A stretch of 64,000 nt of DNA from an uncultured delta proteobacterium (GTDB taxonomy: Bacteria > Desulfobacterota > Syntrophobacteria > Syntrophobacterales > Syntrophobacteraceae): the NCBI GenBank assembly GCA_963808625.1, contig CAWEHK010000033.1, forward strand, positions 1-64,000, read 5' to 3'. Position 1 is the stretch's first letter; each line of letters begins with the position of its first letter. The notes beneath the pieces are model-generated. The model was not told where the DNA came from. It was given only the letters and a program-made list of their open reading frames with translations, and did not search any database. The translations under genes and the position numbers were made by a program. This document shows positions 32,924 to 43,573 of the stretch, piece by piece.

Positions 32924-33310
32924 TCATTTACTGCCCTTGAGCTTCTCGATCTCCTTTTTTTGCACCATATCAAAATACTTGTCGGCTTCTTCAATGCTGA
33001 AAAACACTGCCTCGCGAGGCAAAGCGCTTACGATGTCAAACACTTTCCGAATCTGTGGCTGCAGGTTGATCAGAACCACATGACCATCTTGTGACCTTAC
33101 AGCCTTTCTTGCGCTCACAATTGACTTGATCCCCATACTGCTGATGTAGTCCAATCTTTCCAGATCAAAGATCAATAACCTTGGAGAGCTGCTCACCACT
33201 GGGCCAATCTTCTCCTCAAGCTCAAAATACGTGTTGCTATCCAGCCTGCCTTCCAGTGTGATCAGGTGGGACCCCTCGTGACGCTTTATAATACCGACTT
33301 GCAGAGACAT
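32924..33310 (-). CDS. STAS-domain anti-sigma factor antagonist
   Basis: LEGRLDS, DLERLDYISSMGI, QPQIRKVFDI. Confidence 0.9.
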   Translation of the reverse strand: MSLQVGIIKRHEGSHLITLEGRLDSNTYFELEEKIGPVVSSSPRLLIFDLERLDYISSMGIKSIVSARKAVRSQDGHVVLINLQPQIRKVFDIVSALPREAVFFSIEEADKYFDMVQKKEIEKLKGSK

Positions 33311-33459
33311 GGTACATTTCCTCCTCAGCAAAAGAGCGACCGTAGAGCTATTTTTTTCCTCTGGTTCTTCTGTAGTTCAGTTCTTGGCGATTGATGGATT
33401 TCATTCTGTCATTCCCATTGAAGGATGCATGGATTCGAGGTTGAGCGCAGTCCGTTGCT

Positions 33460-33738
33460 TTAAGACTCCGAGTCTCGCCTCAGCCTTCCCTTTACGAAGA
33501 AAACACCACCGGCGATGAGCGATGAAAGGCCAAGGACGGAGTCGATGACTCTGGCTTGGGTGGACATCTCGGGGAACACAATGGTCTGATAGAGAAGGTA
33601 TGCCAAAACCCCCATTATGGCTCCTTCCCTCAGATTGCTGCGTTCCAAGATTTTTCCTTTGCACTCAAGGTTGAGCTTTACAGCATAGTTGAGGAGAATC
33701 CCTGTGAAAATCAGACCGTAAAACAATCCTTCGTTCAT
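33460..33738 (-). CDS. Small membrane hypothetical protein
   Basis: Three hydrophobic segments; follows the AlaX-like gene on the same strand. Confidence 0.55.
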   Translation of the reverse strand: MNEGLFYGLIFTGILLNYAVKLNLECKGKILERSNLREGAIMGVLAYLLYQTIVFPEMSTQARVIDSVLGLSSLIAGGVFFVKGRLRRDSES

Positions 33739-33806
33739 TTCTTGACCTTCAACTTGTTCGTTCAGGCTGCGCCAAAGAACACATGGCAGATCTGCGCCTG
33801 AGCGCA

Positions 33807-34265
33807 TCACTCAACATTCTTCGCCAGCTTGTATCTGATCCTCAGAATGCCTTCCTCAAAGCTGGTTGACACTACTCGAAACGCCCCGATCTCACCCGTG
33901 GATTTCACATGAGGACCAATGCAAGGGCAGGCATCGTAGTCACCTATTCGGATGATTCTTATGTCATCGCCAGCATCTTCCGGAAGCCTTTCCAAATTGT
34001 ACTGCCTCTCTGCTTCGTCTCTGGGAACAAATTCTTCGGTAACAGGAAGATCCGCCTGAATGATGTCGTTGACCTGCCTGGCCAGTTCATCGACTTCCTC
34101 TTGAGATAGAGCTCGGTCAAAATGGTAGTCGAGTTTGGACTTTTTCCTCTCGATGTGGGCACTGAAGCACCGGCCAGAGCGAAACATCCTATTCATCGTC
34201 TGGTTCACGATGTGCTCTGCTGAGTGCATCCGCGGATCAAACTGTTTTTCCAGTAGCTCGGGCAT
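33807..34265 (-). CDS. Stand-alone tRNA_SAD (AlaX-like) aminoacyl-tRNA editing protein
   Basis: MHSAEH (HxxxH) and CIGPH (CxxxH) Zn motifs, IRIIRIGDYD. Confidence 0.85.
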   Translation of the reverse strand: MPELLEKQFDPRMHSAEHIVNQTMNRMFRSGRCFSAHIERKKSKLDYHFDRALSQEEVDELARQVNDIIQADLPVTEEFVPRDEAERQYNLERLPEDAGDDIRIIRIGDYDACPCIGPHVKSTGEIGAFRVVSTSFEEGILRIRYKLAKNVE

Positions 34266-34345
34266 ACCGCTCACCCTTGACCTTTCACTTTACCGCCCGG
34301 ATATGTTTCTTACCTTGCAGGTTAGTCGGCCACATATCTGCCCCT

Positions 34346-34962
34346 GCAGAATGCCCCGTTATTGCAAGGATGAAATGAAATACCAGATCGCGATCACAAT
34401 AAAGGCAATCGCCGGAATCAGGCCCATCAGCTTCCTTCGGCTCTTTGCAAAGATGGACTTTTTGTCCTCCTTCTTCATCTTTTTGACCGGTTCCGCAGTT
34501 CGCTTGATGGTCTTCTTGTTTGACATGGTTATCCTATCCTTCTCCATGGCCCTTGGGGCAGCCATGTCATTGCATATCTGAAATGGCCTACCAGCATACC
34601 ATCTTCATTTTCGTCCTGGCGCCGAAGCTTCAAGGTCGACGGTTTGTTTAAGGACCCTAATTTGCCTGAACTCCTCAGTGCCTCGTCTGCAATCTTCTCC
34701 ACAACGCTTCAATGATCACCATCGAGGCATCATCAGGATGCATTTCTTCTGATCCGCAAGATTCGCAGAAGATCCTTGTTCCCATGCCACAGCTGGAATG
34801 CTTCCCTGATTCCCGTTTCCAATCCGAAATGGAATTCTACCAGGTCTGCTTCAGTCGGCATTCTTGATCAACTCTTTTTCTCCGTGACCCAAAGCAGCGA
34901 TCATGTGGTCGACTGCTTCTTGAACGGTTCGCGGTAAACCACCTTCAGCAAAAGGCATTCTG
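34346..34962. repeat. ~615 bp duplicated segment, copy 2 (small TM gene 34359-34526; frameshifted DUF6794-like copy 34675-34958)
   Basis: Direct repeat of 15547-16161. Confidence 0.92.
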
Positions 34963-34978
34963 GATCTCCCTGGTCAAT

Positions 34979-35170
34979 TCAATGAGAGGTGTTCGTGCCA
35001 CCCTTGGTTTGTTTCTCAATTTCCAATTGTTTCTGAGCTTTCCATGCAGGGCACCATTTCCCATGCCACTCCATGACCTTCCCGAACAGAGTATCGGGGT
35101 TCTTTCTGGCGTACTGGCAGAGCGTGCAGTTGTCACAGGTCTCTCCAAGAAATCTGGTGAATCGGTTCAT
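34979..35170 (-). CDS. Small Cys/His protein (CxxCxxC...WH..WCPAW)
   Basis: 63 aa ORF with RBS-like caggggg. Confidence 0.6.
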   Translation of the reverse strand: MNRFTRFLGETCDNCTLCQYARKNPDTLFGKVMEWHGKWCPAWKAQKQLEIEKQTKGGTNTSH

Positions 35171-35302
35171 ATAGCCCCCTGCTTTTGAGTTAAGGCGCCA
35201 GTGAAGATGTGATAGTGTGTCGTAATTCGGGTTGTCATTTTACCCGATTCGGTTTGGAATTTGCGATTTATGTCGTCACCCAACTGCCCTCTCGGGGGAC
35301 AA

Positions 35303-35452
35303 ATGCGGGAACAACCAAAGCTTCAGAAAATCATCTCAGGTGGACAAACCGGTGTTGACCGAGCAGCACTGGATATCGGTCTTGAGTTGGGGATTCCCAT
35401 TGGCGGCTACTGCCCGAAAGGAAGACGGTCTGAAGATGGAACCATTCCCATC
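35303..35452 (+). pseudogene. Truncated putative molybdenum-carrier (SLOG) protein N-terminus
   Basis: [32 protein letters not shown], then similarity ends. Confidence 0.8.
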
Positions 35453-35644
35453 CTGAAAAGCCTCTTCTTACCTGTTCCTAATATCGCTCGTGTCGCCTGC
35501 GCTGTTGGGGGGCTTCAAAGGTCAGCGGGACAAATAGCGGAAATTGAGGCTTAGGCGATTACCGGAAGGGCTCGGAGAAGACCCTGGCTTTTTCTGTTTT
35601 TTCTACACAGGAGCAACACAGGAAAACAGGCGGTGTCTATAAAG

Positions 35645-35721
<77 letters not shown>

Positions 35722-35882
35722 GCATGATTCATGGAAGCCAACTTCATGGTTGCCGAATTTAATAGTCGTTTTACCCTTGCATTGTCAACAGCCTTCTCCA
35801 TGACGACGGCTTCTCCATAGCCTCGCTCAGGTCATTATTCTTGCTGATTAGCGTCGCTCTTCAGCCATGCATTTTGTCAACG

Positions 35883-35997
35883 GTCATTCCCGCATGCTCC
35901 CCGCTTAAAGCCTGCGGGGAGAGGCTTTAGCGGAAATCGAGCAAGGTTTTGCCCTATTACAAGCTGGATTCCCGCTCAAAACCGCTGCGCGAATGAC
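35883..35997. repeat. REP/MITE-like palindromic element
   Basis: gtcattcccgc...tggattcccgc...gaatgac inverted ends. Confidence 0.65.
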
Positions 35998-36162
35998 AGA
36001 TTCAGGAGCTCTGGTTAACATAAATCAGCCTTGGCTTCGTCTGGTTGAAGAATAGCGCTAATCGGATTTTTCTTTTGTGTTTTTCAGAGGCAAGTCGTAA
36101 ACAACCAGGGATTCGGATGGTTGTTCCATGGCAAGGTCCCGTTCATTAATGGAGGATGGTCT

Positions 36163-36330
36163 ATGTCGCGCAGAAGCCAGTGGCTGAGCTTGTTCGGGGG
36201 ATGTGTCGTCTTTGTGTTGGGCATCATGGAACTCTACCAGCAGGGGAAGTGGGTTCTGCTTATACTGGGTCTCCTGATCATCGCCTTCACCATCTCCAAC
36301 CTGGTCAAGAGCAGACTGAAGGAGGAGTGA
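36163..36330 (+). CDS. Small two-TM membrane protein
   Basis: RBS ggagg; MSRRSQWLSLFGG...LILGLLIIAFTISNL. Confidence 0.6.
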   Translation: MSRRSQWLSLFGGCVVFVLGIMELYQQGKWVLLILGLLIIAFTISNLVKSRLKEE

Positions 36331-36456
36331 GGTGCTGCTAATTCTCTCGCGCGGGTAATTGCCCTTGACCTTGGCGAGCAAATCATCTAACTTTCATGCG
36401 CTTAATGGCAATAGTTTACTTGAAGCTCTAAATGCAGAGGGAGAAAAGCGTCCGGT

Positions 36457-37947
36457 ATGGAAGATCTCAACCTGGTGATGCGGGAACGGTTAAAAAAGGC
36501 GACGGAACTCGAGCAGAATGGTGTGGCACTTTTCCCGAACCGATACCCCGTCTCCCATCGCATCAAGGATCTGGCGGCTGGTTTTGCCTTATCCTCCGCT
36601 GAAGAACTCGAAGCGCAAACGGAACCTTATACGGTCGCCGGCCGAATCATCGCCATCCGCTCCTTCGGCAAGTCCATTTTCATGCATCTCCTGGATTCCG
36701 GACAAAAGCTGCAGGTCTACATACAGCAGAACCAGTTGGACAAGGAGGGGTATGAGCTTTCCAAAAAACTGGATATCGGAGACATCATTCGCGTCCGGGG
36801 GCCTCTCTTTCGAACCCGCACGCAAGAGCTCACCCTGCTCGCCAAAGAGGCGGTTCTCCTCAGCAAGAATTTGCGTCCCCTTCCCGAAAAGTACCACGGT
36901 CTGAAGGACGTCGAACTTCGCTATCGACAGCGCTATGTGGATCTCATCGTCAATGATGTGGTCCGCGAAACCTTCAGAAAACGTGCCGAAATCGTGCAAA
37001 GCGTCCGGCGCTTCCTTATGGACAGGGGCTTTCTTGAAGTGGAGACGCCCATGATGCAGCCGATTCCCGGCGGCGCGACGGCGAAGCCCTTCAAAACCTT
37101 TCACAATGCCCTTGGGATGGAGCTGTTTCTGCGCATTGCTCCCGAACTCTATCTCAAGCGGTTGTTGGTAGGGGGATTCGAAAGGGTTTTTGAGCTCAAT
37201 CGGAACTTTCGGAATGAAGGCATCTCGACTCAGCATAATCCCGAGTTTACCATGCTGGAATTTTACCAGGCCTATGCGACGTTCGAAGACTTGATGAGCC
37301 TTACGGAAGAATTGTTCGGTGCGGTGGCGACGGCCGTTAACGGCGGCAACCTCCGTCTCCCCTACCAGGGACAGGAGATCAACCTCAACCCGCCTTGGGC
37401 TCGATACCGTTTCAACGATATTCTTGTGGAAATAGGCAACATCCCTCGATCAGCCGTTGAGGATCCCGAGGAGACCATGAAACTAGCCGGCGCCATGGGC
37501 CTTGGGCCGAACCGCGGGGAGGGCCAGGGGAAACTGCTCACCAAGATATTCGACTTGGCGGTTGAGCCGAAACTCATCCAACCAACCTTTGTCAGCCATT
37601 ACCCGTTGGAGGTCTCGCCGCTTTCCCGTCGAAACGAATCGGACCCTGCCCTTGTCGACCGTTTCGAGCTGTTCATAGCGGGGAAGGAAATGGCCAACGC
37701 TTTCTCGGAACTGAATGATCCCCGGGATCAGCGCGAAAGGTTCGTTCACCAACTGGAGGCGCGTCAGGCAGGAGACGAGGAGGCCCATATGATGGATGAG
37801 GATTACCTTCGGGCTTTGGAATACGGAATGCCTCCGGCCGCAGGTGAAGGCATTGGAATCGACAGATTGGTAATGCTTTTCACCGATTCGCCATCGATTC
37901 GTGATGTGATCCTTTTCCCGCATCTTAAGCCGGAAAAGAAGATGTAA
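36457..37947 (+). CDS. lysS: Lysine--tRNA ligase (class II)
   Basis: LPEKYHGL, RYRQRYVDL, GGATAKPF, LRIAPELYLKRL, FRNEG, GIGIDRL. Confidence 0.98.
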   Translation: MEDLNLVMRERLKKATELEQNGVALFPNRYPVSHRIKDLAAGFALSSAEELEAQTEPYTVAGRIIAIRSFGKSIFMHLLDSGQKLQVYIQQNQLDKEGYELSKKLDIGDIIRVRGPLFRTRTQELTLLAKEAVLLSKNLRPLPEKYHGLKDVELRYRQRYVDLIVNDVVRETFRKRAEIVQSVRRFLMDRGFLEVETPMMQPIPGGATAKPFKTFHNALGMELFLRIAPELYLKRLLVGGFERVFELNRNFRNEGISTQHNPEFTMLEFYQAYATFEDLMSLTEELFGAVATAVNGGNLRLPYQGQEINLNPPWARYRFNDILVEIGNIPRSAVEDPEETMKLAGAMGLGPNRGEGQGKLLTKIFDLAVEPKLIQPTFVSHYPLEVSPLSRRNESDPALVDRFELFIAGKEMANAFSELNDPRDQRERFVHQLEARQAGDEEAHMMDEDYLRALEYGMPPAAGEGIGIDRLVMLFTDSPSIRDVILFPHLKPEKKM

Positions 37948-37954
37948 ACAAAAG

Positions 37955-39199
37955 ATGAATTTTGAACTCTTTGTCAGCCTTCGCTATCTTTTAGCCAAAC
38001 GGCGTCAAACCTTCATTTCCCTCATAACCTTCATCTCGATTGCCGGTGTCGCCGTCGGTGTGACCGCACTGATAGTGGTCCTGGCCGTGATGAATGGTTT
38101 CCAGGACGACCTGCGCACCCGCATCCTCGGGATTACCTCCCACGTGGTCGTGGGCAGTTTCAACGGTGCCTTTGGCGATTACCAGGCACTGATGAAAGAA
38201 GTCGAAAAGGAACCGGGCGTGGTGGCCGCTACTCCCTTCATCTATGCACAGGTGATGGTCAGCTCCGGAAAGAACGTGTCGGGTGCGATTCTGCGCGGAA
38301 TCGACCCGGCGACTGCGGCCAAGGTCATTAACATTCAAGAGAATATGATCCGGGGAAATCTTGCGGATTTGCGAACTGAGCTGTCCACGGCTTCCGGTTC
38401 CTCACCGCAGCAGGGAATTATCCTCGGAGTGGAGCTTGCCAACAATCTGGGCCTTCGCCAGGGAGAATGGGTGACCGTCATTTCGCCGACGGGGCGTCTG
38501 ACACCCATGGGGCAGGTCCCCAAGAGCAAACTCTTCCAGGTGGTCGGCATCATTCAATCGGGAATGTATGAGTATGACAATACTCTCGCCTACATAAGCC
38601 TTGCGGCGGCCCAGCAATTCCTGGGTATCGGGGATGCTGTTTCAGGCATTGAACTCAAGGTCGATGATATTTACGGGGCACGCCAGATTGCAGAGAGCTT
38701 GAGGTCTCGCCTCGGGCTTCCCTATTGGGTGCGTGACTGGATGCAAATGAACCGCAACCTGTTCTCCGCCCTGAAACTGGAGAAGGTAGTCATGTTCATT
38801 ATCCTGACCTTGATAATCCTGGTGGCGGCTTTCAACATCGTCAGTTCCCTGATCATGCTGGTTATGGAAAAAACGCGGGACATCGCCATTCTCAAGGCCA
38901 TGGGAGCAACCACGGCAAGCATTCGCAAGATATTCGTGATGGAGGGTTTCCTGATCGGGACCTCGGGGACGCTTCTGGGTCTGCTGGGGGGGTTTACGCT
39001 TTGCAGTCTGTTGAAGAAGTACCAGTTCATAGAACTCCCCCGCGACGTCTACTACATTTCAACACTTCCCGTTAAGATGGAAGCGCTTGACGTCGGCATG
39101 ATTGCTCTGGCGGCCATTTTTATCAGCCTTGTAGCGACCCTGTATCCTTCTCGTCAAGCTGCGAAGCTGGATCCCGCGGAAGCACTGCGTTATGAATAA
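37955..39199 (+). CDS. lolE: Lipoprotein-releasing ABC transporter permease LolC/E
   Basis: [42 protein letters not shown]. Confidence 0.95.
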   Translation: MNFELFVSLRYLLAKRRQTFISLITFISIAGVAVGVTALIVVLAVMNGFQDDLRTRILGITSHVVVGSFNGAFGDYQALMKEVEKEPGVVAATPFIYAQVMVSSGKNVSGAILRGIDPATAAKVINIQENMIRGNLADLRTELSTASGSSPQQGIILGVELANNLGLRQGEWVTVISPTGRLTPMGQVPKSKLFQVVGIIQSGMYEYDNTLAYISLAAAQQFLGIGDAVSGIELKVDDIYGARQIAESLRSRLGLPYWVRDWMQMNRNLFSALKLEKVVMFIILTLIILVAAFNIVSSLIMLVMEKTRDIAILKAMGATTASIRKIFVMEGFLIGTSGTLLGLLGGFTLCSLLKKYQFIELPRDVYYISTLPVKMEALDVGMIALAAIFISLVATLYPSRQAAKLDPAEALRYE

Positions 39200-39893
39200 T
39201 GACCAGCAGCCGGTGGAGGTCCACGCTCTGTCCGTCACCAAGGTTTTTGGGCAGGGCACCAATACCATTGAACTTTTTCGGGACCTCGATCTGGTGATTC
39301 GTCGCGGTGAGCGAGTGGCGATCGTGGGTGCTTCGGGAGTCGGCAAGTCCACGCTGCTCCACATTCTCGGAACGCTGGAAAAACCTACCAACGGGAAGAT
39401 CCTTTATGGCGGACAGGACATTTTCCTGTGGGAGGAGAAGGAACTCGCGCAGTTTCGCAATCGTCAAATTGGTTTTGTGTTCCAATTCCATTACCTGCTG
39501 CCGGAGTTTAACGCCCTGGAGAATGTGATGATGCCCGGCATCATCGCCGGCCTCTCGCAGCGGGAGGTGAAAGCTCAGGCCCTTTCTCTGCTGGAAAGAC
39601 TGGGGCTGACCGACCGGCTTCACCACCGGGTGGGAGAGCTTTCCGGTGGTGAGCAACAACGCGTGGCGGTGGCGCGCGCTCTGCTCCTGCGGCCAAAGAT
39701 CTTTCTCGCCGACGAACCTAGCGGGAATCTGGACAGTCGGACCGGGCGAAAGCTTCATGAGCTGCTGGTGACTCTGAATGGCGAATTGGGGCTGACGATG
39801 GTGATTGTGACCCATAACCAGGAGCTTGCGGCAATGATGCATCGCACCTTGAGGCTGGTAGACGGCCAACTGCGCCTGGAAGCAAGGAACTAG
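39192..39893 (+). CDS. lolD: Lipoprotein-releasing ABC transporter ATPase
   Basis: [36 protein letters not shown]. Confidence 0.95.
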   Translation: MNNDQQPVEVHALSVTKVFGQGTNTIELFRDLDLVIRRGERVAIVGASGVGKSTLLHILGTLEKPTNGKILYGGQDIFLWEEKELAQFRNRQIGFVFQFHYLLPEFNALENVMMPGIIAGLSQREVKAQALSLLERLGLTDRLHHRVGELSGGEQQRVAVARALLLRPKIFLADEPSGNLDSRTGRKLHELLVTLNGELGLTMVIVTHNQELAAMMHRTLRLVDGQLRLEARN

Positions 39894-40044
39894 TGCTCAA
39901 TTGGATAAGTCATTCACATAACAGATACTGCGTCACCCCGGTGCAAACCGGGGTTCGAAACCGCTTAAAGGCTGGATTCCGGCGTTCGCCGGAATGACGA
40001 CAGGGCGCTTGTTTATGGCGACTATTTCTGCAACGAAGCACTAG
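39890..40044. mobile_element. MITE-like insertion with CTAGTGCT/AGCACTAG ends and an internal REP-like core
   Basis: ctagtgct...cgtcaccccggtgcaaaccgggg...ggattccggcgttcgccggaatgacg...agcactag. Confidence 0.55.
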
Positions 40045-40193
40045 CTGCCAGGCGGTGTTCGGAAAGGAATCAGTTGTGATGGAACGCGCGGTGGGCTATA
40101 GAGGATAAGCTGATTCGGCTTGAGTATATTCTGCCTGATAAAGGGCTTGTTCATGGAGGCTTTTGAACTTTTGGAGGGGTGGAGGCCCGGACT

Positions 40194-42867
40194 ATGTTAA
40201 ACGGCAAGAGGATCGTCCATGGATTGTGGATCCCTCTTTTTCTTGCGATCCTTAGTTCGGCGGCATGGGCACAGCAGGAGCAGAGCCCCAGCGTTGCGAT
40301 CATGCCGTTCACCGTGCGTGGACCGCAGGAACCGGTCAAGATGCAAAAGACCATCGAAGAGCTCCTGGTCCGTCAGCTCAACGGCTGAGGGGGCGAGAGT
40401 CGTCAGCCCTCAGGACGTTGAAAAGGTGGTCAAGCCGGGAGAGGCGGTACAGACCGAGGAGCAGGCCCGGTTGCTGGGGCGGCGACTGCAGGCGGAGTAT
40501 GTCTTGATCGGGAGTTGCAGCCAGATCGGCAATAGCATCAGTCTTGATGCAAGACTTGTTAACACTTCCGGACAAAAGAAAACGGAGCTTATTTTCGCGG
40601 AACAAAGAGGCCCGGAGAATTTGGCGGCGGCCGCCAATACGGTTGTCCAGCACATGCTGGTCAGCCTCCTGGCCAAGGCCGTGATCGCCGAGGTTCAGAT
40701 TCGAGGGAATGAGCGGATAGAACCGGATGCTATCAAGCTGAATATCAGAAGCAAGAAGGGTGAGATCCTGCGACCGGAACAGGTTGCAGAGGACATAAAG
40801 GCCATCTACAAGATGGGCTTCTTCGAGAAAGTGAACGCGGATGTCTCCGACTCGCCGGCCGGCAAGGTGCTCATCTTTGTGGTGGTGGAAAACCCGACGA
40901 TCCAGGAAGTGAACATCACCGGCAATAAAAAGATCAAGGAAAAGGATATCCTGGCCGCCATCTCCACCAGGCCTTACAGCGTCGTGCAGAAAAACCTTAT
41001 CGCCGAGGACGTTCAGAAAATCATCAAACTGTATCATCAGAAAGGCTATTTCAATGTCGATGTGAAATACTCCATCGACTTTCCCAAAGATCCCCGGAAG
41101 GCAACGGTTACTTACGCTATCAATGAGAATGACAAGGTCTACATAAGAAAGATCAGCTTCACCGGCAACAAAAGCTTTTCCGCACGGAAACTGCGAAGCG
41201 TCATGGAAACCAAAGAGAAAATGTTCGTTGTCTCTTGGTTTACCGATCGAGGCATCCTCCAGAAAGAAATTCTGGATACCGATCTTGATCGTCTGAGCAT
41301 CTTTTATCACGATAAAGGCTTTATGGAAGCCAAAGTGGGTACTCCGGAGATTTCTATGAAGGATGACGGCTTTCTACATAGAAATCCCGGTCGAGGAAGG
41401 TGAGCGCTACCGCGTTTCCAGTGTCGAGATAACAGGGGATACACTTGGAGTTCAATGATCGCCTCGTCAAAGCGCTGCAATCGAAACCGAAGGACTACTT
41501 CGGCCGCGAAAAGCTGCGTGAGGATATGGACCGAATAAGCAAAACCTACATGGATCAGGGCTATGCCTACACAACGGTCGACCCGATTGTAAAACGCGAA
41601 TCGGAGCAACAAACAGCGAGCATCGACTTCGATGTGAAGAAGAAGGAAATCGTCCACATCGGCAGAGTAACGATCACGGGAAACAGCAAAACGCTTGATA
41701 AGGTCATTCGCCGGGAATTGAAATTGGCCGAAGGCGACCTTTTCAGCTCAACCAAACTTGAAAAAAGCCTCAACGCCCTGAGAAAGCTGGACTTTTTCGA
41801 AGATGTTGAAATCACTCCCACCGACACCGAACAGACCGACATCATGAACCTCAACGTCAAGGTCAAGGAGAAGCTGACGGGCTCCATCAGCGCGGGTGGT
41901 GGCTACTCTTCCGATGACGGGTTGTTCACCAGCGGCGAAATAACCCAGCGCAACCTGATGGGGACGGGCCAGTCCTTAGGTCTGAAAGGATATCTTGGAC
42001 AGAACGCACAACGTTACGTGCTGAGTTGGACTGAGCCCTACCTCTTTGATCGACCGGTAACCGGCGGCATCGATCTTTATAACTGGCTCAGGGAATATCC
42101 GGACTTCACTCAAGACAGCACCGGGTTCCGGCTGCGTTCGGGCTATCGCTTCGGAAACTATAGCCGCCTCGCCGGTTTTTACACCTGGAGCAGTGCCCTT
42201 GTCACCTCAGTACCGTTCGACGCTCCCCCCATCATTGTCCAACAGGAAGGACGGCTGATCACGAGCAGTATCACTGCGGCTGTGGAGCGGGACAGCACCG
42301 ATCACCCCTTCCTTCCGACGCGCGGAATGGTCTCCATGGCTTCGGTGCAGTGGGCCAGTCCGGTTCTGGGAGGCGAGAGCAATTTCATGAAAGCTGAGGT
42401 CCACCACGCTATTTTCTTCCCCCTGTTTTGGAAATTTGTGGGGTATGTCCGCGGCGAGTTTGGCTACATCAATATTCTCGGGGCGGATGATAACACCTCG
42501 GTCCCTTTGTATGATCGATATTTCTTGGGCGGCATCAATTCTCTCCGAGGTTTTAAATGGGCGACCGTCGGGCCCTACGACGGACCCTATATCATCGGTG
42601 GTACCAACTATGGGCTGGGCACCGTTGAACTGCTCTTTCCCCTGGTCGAGAGTATCGGTATGCGAGGGGTGTTCTTCTTTGATGCCGGCAACGCTTTCTT
42701 GACCATGCAGGATTTCAGTATCAATGCTTTTCGCACCGACGCGGGCGCCGGTATCCGCTGGAATTCGCCGTTAGGACCGTTGCGGATTGAGTGGGGTTAT
42801 AATCTTCGATCCACAACCGGGTGAAAGTCAGTATCAGTTTCAGTTTTCAGCAGGAGCATTTTTCTAA
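40194..42867 (+). CDS. bamA: Outer-membrane assembly factor BamA with an extra N-terminal domain; frameshifts at ~40385, ~41380 and ~42810
   Basis: POTRA repeats, LGGINSLRGF, GIRWNSPLGPLR, C-terminal QFSAGAFF. Confidence 0.93.
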
Positions 42868-42879
42868 GGAGCGTAACAG

Positions 42880-43403
42880 ATGAAAAGAAGAGATTTGGGA
42901 CAGGTGCTTTTGGCAACGGCAGTAGTGATACTCTTTTCCAGCACGGCAGCTTTCGCCGCCGGGACTGCGAAGATCGGAATTGTGGATGCCGTGGGGGCAT
43001 TACAGCAGTCGCAGTGGGGCAAAGCGGCGGCGGATGAGCTCAAAAAGATAGCGGAAAAGATGGACGGCGATCTCGACCAGAAGCAGAAAGCGTTCGCAGG
43101 AGCGAAAGAGGAGTTCGACAAGAAACAAGGGGTGCTTGACGCGAAAGCAAAACCAAAAAGGAGCAGGAGCTTCGGGACATGCAGCAGGAAGGGCAGAAGT
43201 ACCTGATGGATTCCAAGGGCAAGCTGAACGACCTGCAGGCGGCCCTGGCCAAAAAGGTCCATGATGTAGTCCAGAAGATCGGCAAAGACGAGAAGTACGA
43301 TTTGATTCTCGAAAAGACCAGCACCGTCTTTTTCAATGAAAAAGATGAGATAACGAAGCAGGTGGCGAAAGAATTGGACAAATTGCCACCGTTCAGGCCT
43401 TAG
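42880..43403 (+). CDS. skp: OmpH/Skp chaperone (frameshift at ~43150)
   Basis: Signal peptide, AKIGIVD, coiled coil, YDLILE..DEITKQV; gene order. Confidence 0.88.
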
Positions 43404-43573
43404 TCGAGACCTTTACCGCTGATTCGCCGGCACACCCCCTGAGCAAAGTTCCCCTCTTGTTCCGGGGGGTGGCTTGTTCCTGAAAAGCCCCATCCGGAGA
43501 CAGCGTTGATGTGGCGCTCCGGCTGTATTGTGCGGAAGGTGAGTCTTATGAGGAGGGCGACCCAACAAGCACC

